A stretch of DNA of 64,000 nt from an uncultured SAR86 cluster bacterium (GTDB taxonomy: Bacteria; Pseudomonadota; Gammaproteobacteria; Magnimaribacterales; AG-339-G14). The stretch covers positions 474 through 64,473 of the forward strand of contig CABXRO010000004.1 in assembly GCA_902514645.1 (NCBI GenBank), read 5' to 3'. The notes beneath the pieces were generated by a model. The model did no database searches and had not been told where the DNA came from. It saw only the letters and a list, made by a program, of their open reading frames with translations. Shown here in pieces: positions 48,158 through 58,081 of this stretch (position 1 is its first letter; each line of letters opens with the position of its first letter). Made by a program: the position numbers and the translations under genes.

Positions 48158-48840
48158 ATTGATTTATTCTTCCTAAATAGATAAAAGCCACCAAATAAAA
48201 CAACTAAAGATAGAGCAAACCATTGAATGGCATAACCAAAATGTCTGGTTGATTTTAATGATGTTGGTTGCCAGATTGGCTCAAAACTTAAGTTAGATAA
48301 AGCCGATAGTTCAAATACGTAAGGCAAAAACTTTTTTCCGCTTAATTCTTCCATTAGATCTTTATCTAGACCTTGGATAATAAAATTTTCTCCAAACTTT
48401 TTAACTTGTTCTTTAAGTACGAAATCTTTTGAAAAAGGTCTAATCATCCCATCTAGTTTTAAATTTTTTTTTGGCAAAGAGAGTTCTGGTAGCGAATCTC
48501 TTTTAGAAGATTCTATCCAGCCTCTAGAAACAATAATTTTTTCTTCACTTTTTAAGGTAAAAGGTGTGAAAACTACATATCCGGCCTTGCCATTAAATGT
48601 TTTATTATCCACAAAAAAAGTTTTATTACCGAAAACGCCTGAAATTTGTATATTCCTATAATATAAATTTTGATTTAGTTCTCCAGGATTTGTTTTTACT
48701 GGGAAAGACTGTCTTTCTGAAAAGGCATTTTCTAATGCTTTTTTGGCATAGCCTCTGTCAATTTGCCACACTCCAAGAGATAATGCCCCAAAAAAAACGA
48801 GAACAAAAATCGAAACAATTAAATATTTAGAGAATTTCAT
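48154..48840 (-). CDS. SURF1-family cytochrome oxidase assembly protein
   Basis: Two terminal TM helices, WQIDRGYAK and the C-terminal HFGYAIQWFAL motif. I prefer ATG 48840 over the tracked TTG at 48846. Confidence 0.8.
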   Translation of the reverse strand: MKFSKYLIVSIFVLVFFGALSLGVWQIDRGYAKKALENAFSERQSFPVKTNPGELNQNLYYRNIQISGVFGNKTFFVDNKTFNGKAGYVVFTPFTLKSEEKIIVSRGWIESSKRDSLPELSLPKKNLKLDGMIRPFSKDFVLKEQVKKFGENFIIQGLDKDLMEELSGKKFLPYVFELSALSNLSFEPIWQPTSLKSTRHFGYAIQWFALSLVVLFGGFYLFRKNKSI

Positions 48841-48845
48841 ACCCA

Positions 48846-49052
48846 ATGCTTAAGTTTATAATTGCTATTCTTGCCCTAGCAATGTTGGTGAGTCTTTTTT
48901 CGAGTGCATTTTTCTTGCTAAAAGATAAAGGTGATACGGTTAGGGCTATTTACAGTTTGAGAGTAAGAGTCACAATAGCAATGTTACTCTTGTTAACTAT
49001 TGGATATGGACTTTTCACAGGACAGATAGGTTTAAATTCCCCTTGGGGTTAA
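48846..49052 (+). CDS. twin-transmembrane-helix small protein (DUF2909)
   Basis: 68 aa with two TM helices joined by LLKDKGDTVRAIYSLRVRV, typical of DUF2909. Antisense to the surrounding cox genes. Confidence 0.7.
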   Translation: MLKFIIAILALAMLVSLFSSAFFLLKDKGDTVRAIYSLRVRVTIAMLLLLTIGYGLFTGQIGLNSPWG

Positions 49053-49951
49053 AACACATAAACGACTAAAACAAGAAGTATCCAAACAACGTCAACGAAA
49101 TGCCAGTACCATGATCCGGCAGCAAGCCCAAAATGATCGTGTTCGGAGAAAGCTCCATTAAAGCCTCTGAGTGTCATGATGGTTAGTATGATTGCTCCAA
49201 GACATACATGAAAACCATGAAATCCAGTAAGCAAAAAGAACGTTGTCCCATAAATTCCAGCACCAAGTGTTAAGCCCATATGAGCATATGCTTCGTAATA
49301 TTCCAGCCCTTGCAAAAATACAAAGATAAAGCCCAAAGAAATTGTTACCACCATCCAACTTTTGAAAGATGTCCTGTTACCTTTTTTCAAAGCTGATTCA
49401 GCTAATGCTATCGTACCACTTGAAGTCACCAGACAAAGCGTATTCCAAAAAGGTAGCCAAGTGTGGAGTTTAGTAATTCCTGGTATGTTCATATTGTGAT
49501 GCGCGCCTGGAAAATTTTCGTTATCTGGAGTCTCCATAACTGGCCAAGCTGATTCGAAAGCAGGCCAAAGAATATTTGTAATCCCTTTTTCACCATCGCC
49601 ACCAAGCCAAGGGACTGCAAAAAGCCTTACATATCCTAGTGCTAAAAAGAATGCGAAAAAAAACATCACTTCAGAAAATATGAACCATGCCATTCCATGA
49701 ACGAAAGATCTATTTAACTGATCGCTATAAAGCTTTTGATTGTTTTCGCTGATTACATTGCTAAACCAAACAAACATTACACCCCAAATCACCGCAAAAG
49801 AAGCCATAAGCAAAAGATATGAATTTGAACTTTCCTTGCCCAAATCATTAATTGTTCCTCCTGCTCCTAAAACGAAAAGTAATAGTCCAAAAGCCATAAA
49901 AATTGGCAATTTACTACTGTCTGGGACGTAATAAGAAGATTCTGAACTCAT
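49049..49951 (-). CDS. coxC: cytochrome c oxidase subunit III
   Basis: 300 aa, 7 TM, C-terminal WYWHFVDVVW motif. Confidence 0.9.
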   Translation of the reverse strand: MSSESSYYVPDSSKLPIFMAFGLLLFVLGAGGTINDLGKESSNSYLLLMASFAVIWGVMFVWFSNVISENNQKLYSDQLNRSFVHGMAWFIFSEVMFFFAFFLALGYVRLFAVPWLGGDGEKGITNILWPAFESAWPVMETPDNENFPGAHHNMNIPGITKLHTWLPFWNTLCLVTSSGTIALAESALKKGNRTSFKSWMVVTISLGFIFVFLQGLEYYEAYAHMGLTLGAGIYGTTFFLLTGFHGFHVCLGAIILTIMTLRGFNGAFSEHDHFGLAAGSWYWHFVDVVWILLVLVVYVF

Positions 49952-49955
49952 AGAA

Positions 49956-50492
49956 TTAATTTCCAGCTTGTTTTTGTATCAGGTCTTTTGTTATGTCGAA
50001 AAGAGTGTATCCCAAAGCTAGTGAAGATATGTCTTTTGGCAAATCTGGATCTATCACAAACTTTAACGGAATAGTTATGCTCTCTCCCGGTTCTAGGAAT
50101 TGCTGCTCAAAACAGAAACACTCTGTCTTGTGAAAATACTGTGCTCCCTTTCCTGGAGACACGCTTGGGATAGCTTGAGCAATCATTGGCTTATTTGTAG
50201 TATTAGTAAAAACATAGTTTAAGAGGTTTTGCTCTCCGGTCTTAACTCTCATCTGAGATTTTAAAGAATCAAAAAACCACGGCATATCGTCATTGTTGGT
50301 TGTGGTGAAAATTATTTTAATTTCTCTGTTACCGACATTTTCGTATTCTGAGAATGTTGGGCCTGTGACTTTTCCGTTTAGACCAGTTATTTCGCAAAAA
50401 ACATCATATAAAGGAACCAAAGCAAAACCAAATAAAAACATTCCAACTGTTGTTAGAAACAGTTTTGAAACGCTTTTTCTTATGCTGGACAT
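49956..50492 (-). CDS. ctaG: cytochrome c oxidase assembly protein CtaG/Cox11
   Basis: N-terminal TM and the copper-binding CFCF motif (ECFCFEQQ). Confidence 0.88.
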   Translation of the reverse strand: MSSIRKSVSKLFLTTVGMFLFGFALVPLYDVFCEITGLNGKVTGPTFSEYENVGNREIKIIFTTTNNDDMPWFFDSLKSQMRVKTGEQNLLNYVFTNTTNKPMIAQAIPSVSPGKGAQYFHKTECFCFEQQFLEPGESITIPLKFVIDPDLPKDISSLALGYTLFDITKDLIQKQAGN

Positions 50493-50494
50493 CT

Positions 50495-52096
50495 TTAAGC
50501 TTTAGCTTCTCCCGATTCCAAATTAGGAGGAGTTTCGAATGTATGATAAGCAGGTGGAGAATCTAAAGTCCACTCAAGGCCTTTGGCTCCCTCCCAAACT
50601 TGTCCGGTAGCTTTCTTCCCGTAGAAAATTGCTTTGAGAACTACGTATAAAAAGAGTAATTGCGATAAGCCAAATAGAAATGCCCCAACGCTCACAATCA
50701 TGTTGTAATCTGCAAATTGCATTGCATAATCTGGAATTCTTCTTGGCATTCCAGCTAGGCCGACAAAATGCATCGGGAAGAAAGTTAAATTCACTGAAAC
50801 AAAGGAAAGCCAAAAATGTGTTTTACCCATGAATTCGTCGTACATGTAACCTGTCCACTTCGGAAGCCAATAATATACTCCAGCAATTATAGAGAACAAA
50901 GCTCCTGGAACTAAAACATAGTGAAAGTGAGCGACTACAAAGTAGGTATCATGATATTGGAAATCAGCAGGAGCAATGGCAAGCATGATTCCTGAGAGCC
51001 CCCCTATGGTGAAAAGAGCTACAAATGCTATTGCAAACAACATAGGTGTTTCAAAAGTTAACGAGCCTTTGAACATTGTTGAAAGCCAATTAAATACTTT
51101 AACTCCTGTGGGAATTGCAATTAGCATTGTCGAATACATGAAAAACAATTCACCTGCAATTGGCATCCCAACCGTGAACATGTGGTGAGCCCAAACTACA
51201 AATGATAACAATGCGATTGATGCAATTGCATAAACCATAGATTCGTATCCGAAAATAGGCTTTCTTGAGAAAGTTTCGATAATGTGAGACACAATACCAA
51301 AAGCAGGCAAAATCATTATGTAAACTTCAGGGTGTCCAAAAAACCAGAAAACATGTTGGAATAAAACAGGGTCTCCCCCTCCTCCGGCTTTGAAGAAACT
51401 CGTTCCAAAGTGGATATCCATAAGCATCATGGTTACGGCACCGGCAAGAACTGGCATTACAGCGATCAGCAGGTAAGCGGTGATCAGCCAAGTCCAGACA
51501 AAGAGAGGCATTTTCATTAAAGTCATTCCTGGCGCTCTCATATTTAAAATGGTGGTAATAACGTTGATTGAACCCATAATGGAAGAAGCGCCCATAATGT
51601 GCACTGCAAAGATAAAGTAAGTTACTGTGGGTGGCGCGTACTCTGTTGATAGTGGCGCATAAAAGGTCCATCCAAAGTTTGGAGCACCGCCTTCCATAAA
51701 AAAAGTAGATATTAAAACACCAAAAGCTGCAGGCAATATCCAAAAACTTAAATTGTTTAATCTTGGTAGAGCCATATCGGGAGCGCCAATTTGCATTGGT
51801 ACCAACCAATTTGCGAAGCCAACAAAAGCGGGCATGATGACACCGAATACCATAATCAGTCCATGATTGGTAACCATTTGATTGTAGAACTCAGGAGAAA
51901 CAATTTGACTACCTGGTTCAAAGAGCTCAGCTCTGATAACCATAGCCATTGCTCCGCCAATAAATAACATGATGAAGCTGAACCATAGGTACAAAGAACC
52001 TATGTCTTTATGGTTGGTAGTAAATAACCAACGGCTTATTCCTTTAGCAGGACCGTGGTGATGGTCGTCGTGATGTCCTTCTATTACTGCGCTCAT
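50495..52096 (-). CDS. coxA: cytochrome c oxidase subunit I
   Basis: WFFGHPEVYIMILP, HHMF and VAHFHYV heme/CuB ligand motifs. 533 aa. Confidence 0.95.
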   Translation of the reverse strand: MSAVIEGHHDDHHHGPAKGISRWLFTTNHKDIGSLYLWFSFIMLFIGGAMAMVIRAELFEPGSQIVSPEFYNQMVTNHGLIMVFGVIMPAFVGFANWLVPMQIGAPDMALPRLNNLSFWILPAAFGVLISTFFMEGGAPNFGWTFYAPLSTEYAPPTVTYFIFAVHIMGASSIMGSINVITTILNMRAPGMTLMKMPLFVWTWLITAYLLIAVMPVLAGAVTMMLMDIHFGTSFFKAGGGGDPVLFQHVFWFFGHPEVYIMILPAFGIVSHIIETFSRKPIFGYESMVYAIASIALLSFVVWAHHMFTVGMPIAGELFFMYSTMLIAIPTGVKVFNWLSTMFKGSLTFETPMLFAIAFVALFTIGGLSGIMLAIAPADFQYHDTYFVVAHFHYVLVPGALFSIIAGVYYWLPKWTGYMYDEFMGKTHFWLSFVSVNLTFFPMHFVGLAGMPRRIPDYAMQFADYNMIVSVGAFLFGLSQLLFLYVVLKAIFYGKKATGQVWEGAKGLEWTLDSPPAYHTFETPPNLESGEAKA

Positions 52097-52114
52097 GTTT
52101 TACAGCTCCTTCTT

Positions 52115-53248
52115 TTATAATTTGTTATTTTTATAATCTAAAATTTCTTTAGGCACGACTATTTCGCCGTCGCCTCCAGCATCATTACCCCATGCTTTTC
52201 GGGTATAGGTAATCACTGCTGCGATTTCTACTTCGGTAAGTTGTTCTGCATAAGACTGCATCGCTGCACCTTGAACCCCTTCCATTAAAATTTCGACTTG
52301 CCTACCTTTATCATTCATGACAATTTCACTTCCAGCCAAAGCTGGGAATACCGGTGGAATTCCTGCGCCATTAACTTGGTGACAGGCGACACAATTTTTC
52401 AAGTAAACCTCTTCTCCAATTGCAAAAAGCTCATCTGTTTCCCAGAGCTTCTCTGTAAGTAAGGCTTGTTGAGCTTTCATATCTCTTTTACCTTGAATGA
52501 AATCTTTATAATCTGCATCTGAGACTGCCTTTACAACAATTGGCATGTAACCGTGATAGACACCACATAATTCAGTACATTGTCCGCGGTATACTCCTGG
52601 CTCATCCACGAATGTCCAAGCTGTGTTTATAAATCCAGGAATTGCATCTTGCTTCACAGCAAAGTCTGGTACCCACCAAGAATGGATAACATCATTTGCA
52701 GTAATTAAAAATCTTACTCTTTTATTTACAGGAATTACGAGAGGCTCATCAACTTCTAATAAATAAGTTTCTGTTTTCGGAGCTATGTTGTTTCTAGCAT
52801 CTAAAGACGTTGTCAAATTACTGAAAAAACTTACTTCGTCTTCCATGTATTCGTACTGCCATTTCCACTGATGCCCAGTGATCAGGATGTTAATGTCCCC
52901 TTCTTCATCGTCATATGCTTTTATCATGGTTGAAGTCGCAGGAATTGCCATACCCACTAAAATCAAAGCGAACAGTATTGTCCAAGTTAGTTCTAGTTTT
53001 GGATTATCATCAAAGTCAGCAGGTTCCACGCCCTCTTTCTTGCGATATTTAATAATCAGAAAAACCATGAATCCCAAAACCAATGTTCCGATGACGACAC
53101 AGATCCAGAAAATGGTCATGTGCAAGCCAAAGATTTCTTGGGCAATGGCATTAACGCCAGGGGTCATATTGATGTCATCCCAAGCCGAAAAAGACAGAGG
53201 CGCTAAGAACAATGCCGTAAGGCATAGAATAAGTTTTTTCAAATACAT
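52115..53248 (-). CDS. coxB: cytochrome c oxidase subunit II with C-terminal cytochrome c domain
   Basis: CuA motif CTELCGVYHGYM and heme c site CVACH. Start moved to the internal Met (MYLKKLILCL signal peptide) so the gene no longer overlaps aroE. Confidence 0.88.
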   Translation of the reverse strand: MYLKKLILCLTALFLAPLSFSAWDDINMTPGVNAIAQEIFGLHMTIFWICVVIGTLVLGFMVFLIIKYRKKEGVEPADFDDNPKLELTWTILFALILVGMAIPATSTMIKAYDDEEGDINILITGHQWKWQYEYMEDEVSFFSNLTTSLDARNNIAPKTETYLLEVDEPLVIPVNKRVRFLITANDVIHSWWVPDFAVKQDAIPGFINTAWTFVDEPGVYRGQCTELCGVYHGYMPIVVKAVSDADYKDFIQGKRDMKAQQALLTEKLWETDELFAIGEEVYLKNCVACHQVNGAGIPPVFPALAGSEIVMNDKGRQVEILMEGVQGAAMQSYAEQLTEVEIAAVITYTRKAWGNDAGGDGEIVVPKEILDYKNNKL

Positions 53249-53300
53249 CTCAAAAAGTTTCTTGTGGGCGTTATGTGCAAGAATTATATATGAATAAGCC

Positions 53301-54149
53301 TTAATCAATAGGCTTTTCAAGCAATCTAGAAGTATCTGGAATAAGATTAGTCCATAATCTAAAAGACTCTGCGCCCTGCTCAACCAGCATGCCCCAGCCG
53401 TCTGATACTTTTTCAGCTCCATCTGCTAAGGATTCCTGCATAAAAACTGTTTTTTCAGCAGCATAAAAGAGGTCGTAAGCAAGCTTTGCGCCTTTAAATA
53501 AGGCTTTTGGTAGCCCTAAGGACTCTCCAGCTTGTGTTGAAATTGAAGTTGAATTGATAACCAGATCATAAGAATCAGTAAGCAGGAAGTCATCTGTAAG
53601 GCCGCCAGCTTGAAATGTTAAGCTTTTTCCCTTTAAGTCAATTTTGCCTTCTAAGTCTTCTTTTAATAAAAGAGCTTTGCTTTCGGTTCTATTGGCTATT
53701 TTTAGCTTCTCTGGATTTTTTTCGATAATAGAAGGAATAATGCCGCGTGCAGCCCCTCCAGCACCTAAAATCAATATTTTCTTATCCTTCAAAGAGACTT
53801 TTAAATTTTCTTCTAGATCTTTGATTAGTCCAAAGCCATCGGTGCAGTCTGCAAATAACTTTTCATCTTTCAAATAAATGACATTGCATGCTGAGGCAAG
53901 TCTGGCCCGATCAGAAATTTCATCTGCGTGATTTAAAGCTGCTTCTTTAAGCGGAAGAGTTATGGAAACACCTTTACCACCATCCTTAAAAAATTCATCA
54001 AGCCATGTTTCTAAAGTATCTGGTGTAACTTTATCTTTTCTGAATTCAATTTTTGCATCAAATTGATTGGCAAAGTCTTGATGAATCTCAGGAGACTTTG
54101 AGTGACCAATTGGCTTGCCAATTACAGCGAGTTTCAATTTCTTATCCAT
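53301..54149 (-). CDS. aroE: shikimate dehydrogenase
   Basis: GKPIGHSKSP N-terminal motif and the GAGGAARG NADP site. Confidence 0.88.
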   Translation of the reverse strand: MDKKLKLAVIGKPIGHSKSPEIHQDFANQFDAKIEFRKDKVTPDTLETWLDEFFKDGGKGVSITLPLKEAALNHADEISDRARLASACNVIYLKDEKLFADCTDGFGLIKDLEENLKVSLKDKKILILGAGGAARGIIPSIIEKNPEKLKIANRTESKALLLKEDLEGKIDLKGKSLTFQAGGLTDDFLLTDSYDLVINSTSISTQAGESLGLPKALFKGAKLAYDLFYAAEKTVFMQESLADGAEKVSDGWGMLVEQGAESFRLWTNLIPDTSRLLEKPID

Positions 54150-54637
54150 TCATCAGTTATTAAATTTTGTATTGGCGTAGGTTTATCTGCCCCGCCAAGT
54201 TCTCCTTCCAATATAGATACCTCATCACCAAATAAGTTCCTAACTTCTTTAGCATTTTTTGCTGGAGGTTCTGATGAAATGTTCGCTGAAGTTGATGTGA
54301 TAACACTATTTAACTTTTCAGAGAGCTCAATAATTGAAAGATGAGCACTTTGCCTCAAAGCGACAAAGTCACTGTTGCCTTTTATCCAAGAAGGAACATT
54401 ATCGTTTGCAGGGACTAGCCAAGTATGTGCCCCAGGCCATTTACTTTTTGTTTTATCTTTCAAATCTTCTGACAAATGAGAAAGGTAAGCTTCAAAATGG
54501 GAAAAATGGCCTGAGACTAAAATTAATCCCTTGTCTAAAGCTCTCTTTTTAAGGGAACAAATTTTTTTTACATCCTCTTCAGAATCAGGCAGACAGCCTA
54601 AGCCCCAAACTCCCTCAGTTGGGTATGCATAAATCAT
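54134..54637 (-). CDS. tsaC: L-threonylcarbamoyladenylate synthase (YrdC/TsaC type)
   Basis: YPTEGVWGLGC and TSANISS motifs. 167 aa single-domain form. Confidence 0.8.
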   Translation of the reverse strand: MIYAYPTEGVWGLGCLPDSEEDVKKICSLKKRALDKGLILVSGHFSHFEAYLSHLSEDLKDKTKSKWPGAHTWLVPANDNVPSWIKGNSDFVALRQSAHLSIIELSEKLNSVITSTSANISSEPPAKNAKEVRNLFGDEVSILEGELGGADKPTPIQNLITDEWIRN

Positions 54638-54650
54638 TTTCTTTGCTAAT

Positions 54651-55136
54651 TTAGCTTTGTAGCTCCTCGTTTTCTTTTTTTAAGGCCTCTTTTTGCTCTT
54701 CTCTGAGGTTTTTTACCTTTTCAGCGAGTTCCTCATTGCCTGTGGATAACATTTGAGCAGCTAAATATCCTGCATTTATTGCCCCTGCCTTACCTATAGC
54801 AACTGTTGCTACAGGTACACCTTTTGGCATCTGTACAGTTGAAAGAAGAGCATCAAAACCATTCAAAGGTCCACCGTCTCCAGGCACGCCAATGACTGGC
54901 AAAGTAGTTTTGGAGGCAACATTTCCAGCCAAGTGGGCAGCCAAACCTGCAATGCCGATAAAAACTCTCACTCCATCTGCAATGACCTCATCTATATGAG
55001 CATGCAATAGCTCTGGCGTTCGGTGCGCACTTAAAATATTTATTGTGTATGGAACGTCGAGTGTATCGAGAATTTCTCCAGCAGCCTTTGCTAAATCTAA
55101 ATCTGATTTTGAACCCATGACAATTGAAACTTTCAT
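54651..55136 (-). CDS. purE: N5-carboxyaminoimidazole ribonucleotide mutase
   Basis: VSIVMGSKSD ... SAHRTP ... AGLAAHLAG motifs. Confidence 0.92.
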   Translation of the reverse strand: MKVSIVMGSKSDLDLAKAAGEILDTLDVPYTINILSAHRTPELLHAHIDEVIADGVRVFIGIAGLAAHLAGNVASKTTLPVIGVPGDGGPLNGFDALLSTVQMPKGVPVATVAIGKAGAINAGYLAAQMLSTGNEELAEKVKNLREEQKEALKKENEELQS

Positions 55137-55197
55137 TTTTGATCTCCTTAACTAAAATGTTATTTTACAGATGATAAAAATAAATTGAATAACAATC

Positions 55198-55695
55198 GTG
55201 ACAATTAGAAAAATTTTAAAATTTCCTGATCAAGATTTGCGTATTAAAGCAAAACCTGTTGAAAGTTTTGACGAAGAGTTGAAAACTTTAACGGATGATA
55301 TGTTCGAAACTATGCACTCCGTGAATGGAATCGGATTGGCAGCTACTCAAATTGGCGTTGCTAAACAAGTAGCTGTTATCGACATCAGTCCAGAAAAAAA
55401 TGAACCTTTAGTAATCGTCAATCCTGAAATCCAAATTTTGGATCCTTCTAAAACTGAGAATTACGATGAAGGCTGTTTAAGTGTTCCGGGTTTTTTTGAA
55501 ACTATTTCTAGACCATCAGATATTAAACTCTCATATCAAGATCTAAATGGACAAAAACAAGAAATTAATCCAGCGGGACTATTGACCAAAGTTGTCCAGC
55601 ATGAACTCGATCACCTAAACGGTCGATTATTCGTTGATCATATTTCTGAACTCAAAAGAAGAAGAATCCGAAATAAAATTGTCAAACAGAAATAA
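55198..55695 (+). CDS. def: peptide deformylase
   Basis: GTG start. GIGLAATQIG, EGCLS and QHELDH motifs. Confidence 0.92.
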   Translation: MTIRKILKFPDQDLRIKAKPVESFDEELKTLTDDMFETMHSVNGIGLAATQIGVAKQVAVIDISPEKNEPLVIVNPEIQILDPSKTENYDEGCLSVPGFFETISRPSDIKLSYQDLNGQKQEINPAGLLTKVVQHELDHLNGRLFVDHISELKRRRIRNKIVKQK

Positions 55696-56627
55696 TGAAT
55701 ATCTTATTTGCTGCTACTCCGAAGATTGCTCTTAAAACTCTAGAAACGATCTACGAATCAAAACACAATTTGATTGGAGTGATTTGTGCAGAAGAAAAGC
55801 GTTCGGGTAGAGGTTTAAAATTTGTTAAAAGCCCCATCAGAGTCTTTGCAGAAGAAAAAAAAATTAAAATTTTTTCTTACGATCAAATCAAAGATAAAAA
55901 GTTTAGACCTACCTTGGAAAGACTCAATATTGATCTTCTTCTTGTCTTTGCTTTTGGACACATCATTACTGAAGATCTTTTGAATATGGCAAAACATGGA
56001 AGCTTTAACATACACACATCTTTATTACCTAAGTACAGAGGTGCAGCTCCAATACAAAGAAGCATAATTAATTGCGACCGAGAAACAGGAATTACGTTCA
56101 TGAAAATGGATGCCGGTCTAGATACAGGTCCAATTGTAAACAGCGTAAAATTTGCTATTGAGGAAGGCATGAATACCGAAGATTTAGAGAAAATTATGAG
56201 TGATATTTCATCTAGAAATATTTTACAAGTAATTGATTCTATTGAAGAAAAAACATTTTCACTTACAGAACAAAATGAAAATGAATCTTCTTATGCTCCT
56301 AAAGTAACCAAAGCCGAAGCTAGAATAGATTGGACAAAATCAGCTAAAGAAATAGTTGGCAAAATTAACGGTCTTTGTCCTAATCCTTGTGCATTTTCAG
56401 AATATAAAAATGAAAGAATTATTATTCACCGTGCAAAAATAAATTCCCTACCCGCTTCGGATCCTGGAAAAATTATTAAGGCTGATAAAGACGAATTTTT
56501 AGTCTCCGGAATAGATCAGTGCATCGAAATCAAAGAACTTGCAAGGCAGAATAAAAAACGCATGGAATATAAAAGTTTCTTCAATGGATCAAATAATTTT
56601 TTTAGCTCCAATGAAAGCTTTGAATAG
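55695..56627 (+). CDS. fmt: methionyl-tRNA formyltransferase
   Basis: HTSLLPKYRGAAPIQ motif. Its start overlaps the def stop (TAATG). Confidence 0.9.
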   Translation: MNILFAATPKIALKTLETIYESKHNLIGVICAEEKRSGRGLKFVKSPIRVFAEEKKIKIFSYDQIKDKKFRPTLERLNIDLLLVFAFGHIITEDLLNMAKHGSFNIHTSLLPKYRGAAPIQRSIINCDRETGITFMKMDAGLDTGPIVNSVKFAIEEGMNTEDLEKIMSDISSRNILQVIDSIEEKTFSLTEQNENESSYAPKVTKAEARIDWTKSAKEIVGKINGLCPNPCAFSEYKNERIIIHRAKINSLPASDPGKIIKADKDEFLVSGIDQCIEIKELARQNKKRMEYKSFFNGSNNFFSSNESFE

Positions 56628-56638
56628 TGATAATCAAG

Positions 56639-56668
56639 TTCACAATATTTTTTTTCTGAGAGTATAAT
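56639..56668 (+). promoter_or_regulatory. candidate sigma70 promoter of trkA
   Basis: TTCACA (56639-56644), an 18-nt spacer, then a perfect TATAAT (56663-56668). GGAG lies upstream of TTG 56686. Confidence 0.4.
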
Positions 56669-56685
56669 TTTTATTGGAGTAATAA

Positions 56686-58050
56686 TTGAACATCTTAATT
56701 TTAGGTGCCGGCCAGGTTGGATCAGAATTAACCGAAATTCTATCTGAAGATGGTCACAGCATAACCCTCGTCGATCTTAACGAAGAAAAACTCGAAAAAG
56801 AGTCGGAACAACACGATATAAAAATTGTGTGTGGAAATTGTTGCTACCCACAAACTCTCGAAGACGCAAATATTCAAGATACAGAGTTGGCGATTGCCAT
56901 GACTGAACGAGACGAGGTCAATTTGGTTGCCTCTCAGATGATTAAACATCTCAATAAAAAAACCAAAACAATGGCTCGAATTCGAGCTAGAGAATATCTC
57001 AAAGGTAAGGGTAGTCAGATTTTTGAAAATGGAGAATATTCTATAGATGTTTTGATTTCCCCAGAAACTCTTATCACTGAATACATTGCTAAATTAGTAC
57101 AACTTCCGGGAGCACTCCAAGTTTTAGATTTTGGTAATGGGGAAGCTTCGATGGTTAGCGTAAAAGCTGTTGAAGGAGCCCCCATTACTGGTCATAAAGT
57201 TTCAGAGCTAAGAGAGCACATTCCTAATGCAGACACTAGAGTCGCTGCTATCTATAGAGAAGAAGAGATTATCATTCCAAGTGGAGAAGATTATATAAAA
57301 GACGGTGATGAAGTTTTCTTTATCTCTGCTAAAGGAAATATAAAAAAAGTAATGTCTGAAATTAGGCCAAGAGATTCTAAATATAAAAACATAATGATTG
57401 CAGGTGGTGGGAAGCTTGGAAGAAGACTCGCAAAAATCCTTGAAGATAAATTTAGTGTTGTAAAGATCATAGAAAAAAATAGAAAAAGGGGAGATTATTT
57501 ATCTGAAACACTAGATTCTGCCCTTGTGCTTAATGGTGATGCAACAGATGAAGACTTGCTGATAGAAGAGGGCATTGAATCTATTGATATGTTTTGTTCA
57601 GTTACCGACAGTGATGAGGCGAATGTTATGTCCTCCTTGTTAGCAAAAAAACTTGGAGCTAAAAAAGTGCTTTCGTTGATGAACAAACAATCTTTTTTAG
57701 ATCTAATACATCAAGGAGAAGTTGATATTACAGTTGTGCCAAATGAGATTACTATTGGCGTTGTATTGCAAAATATTACAAAAACAAGAATAGAAAGGGC
57801 ACACACCTTTAAAAGAGGTAAATCTGAAGCATTAGAACTAATAGCCAGTCCTGAAACAACTCCTAAGATAATCGGACAAGGAATAGACGATGTAAAACTG
57901 CCTAATGGATGTACAATTAGTGCAGTTATACGTGGAAAAGAAGTTAAAATCGCTCATCATGATGTTAAAATTCATGTAAATGATCATATAATTATTTTCC
58001 TGTCCGACAAAAAATTGTTTCCTGCCTTAGAAACAAGTTTGATGAGTTAA
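56686..58050 (+). CDS. trkA: Trk potassium uptake system NAD-binding subunit
   Basis: TTG start. Duplicated RCK/KTN domains (ILILGAGQVG, IMIAGGGKLG). Confidence 0.9.
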   Translation: MNILILGAGQVGSELTEILSEDGHSITLVDLNEEKLEKESEQHDIKIVCGNCCYPQTLEDANIQDTELAIAMTERDEVNLVASQMIKHLNKKTKTMARIRAREYLKGKGSQIFENGEYSIDVLISPETLITEYIAKLVQLPGALQVLDFGNGEASMVSVKAVEGAPITGHKVSELREHIPNADTRVAAIYREEEIIIPSGEDYIKDGDEVFFISAKGNIKKVMSEIRPRDSKYKNIMIAGGGKLGRRLAKILEDKFSVVKIIEKNRKRGDYLSETLDSALVLNGDATDEDLLIEEGIESIDMFCSVTDSDEANVMSSLLAKKLGAKKVLSLMNKQSFLDLIHQGEVDITVVPNEITIGVVLQNITKTRIERAHTFKRGKSEALELIASPETTPKIIGQGIDDVKLPNGCTISAVIRGKEVKIAHHDVKIHVNDHIIIFLSDKKLFPALETSLMS

Positions 58051-58081
58051 GCATATTTTCAATGAATTTAATGAAACTTAG

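Noticed and set aside
48841-48846. TTG start (48846) for SURF1
   Set aside because: ATG at 48840 is two codons downstream and gives the expected MKFSKYLIV... N-terminus. The TTG version would overlap the opposite-strand DUF2909 ATG.
53249-53422. N-terminal 58-codon extension of the coxB ORF (tracked start 53422) overlapping the 3' end of aroE
   Set aside because: The extension has no signal-peptide or subunit II character. The internal Met at 53248 begins a typical signal/TM sequence (MYLKKLILCLTALFLAPLSF) and removes the 122-nt overlap.
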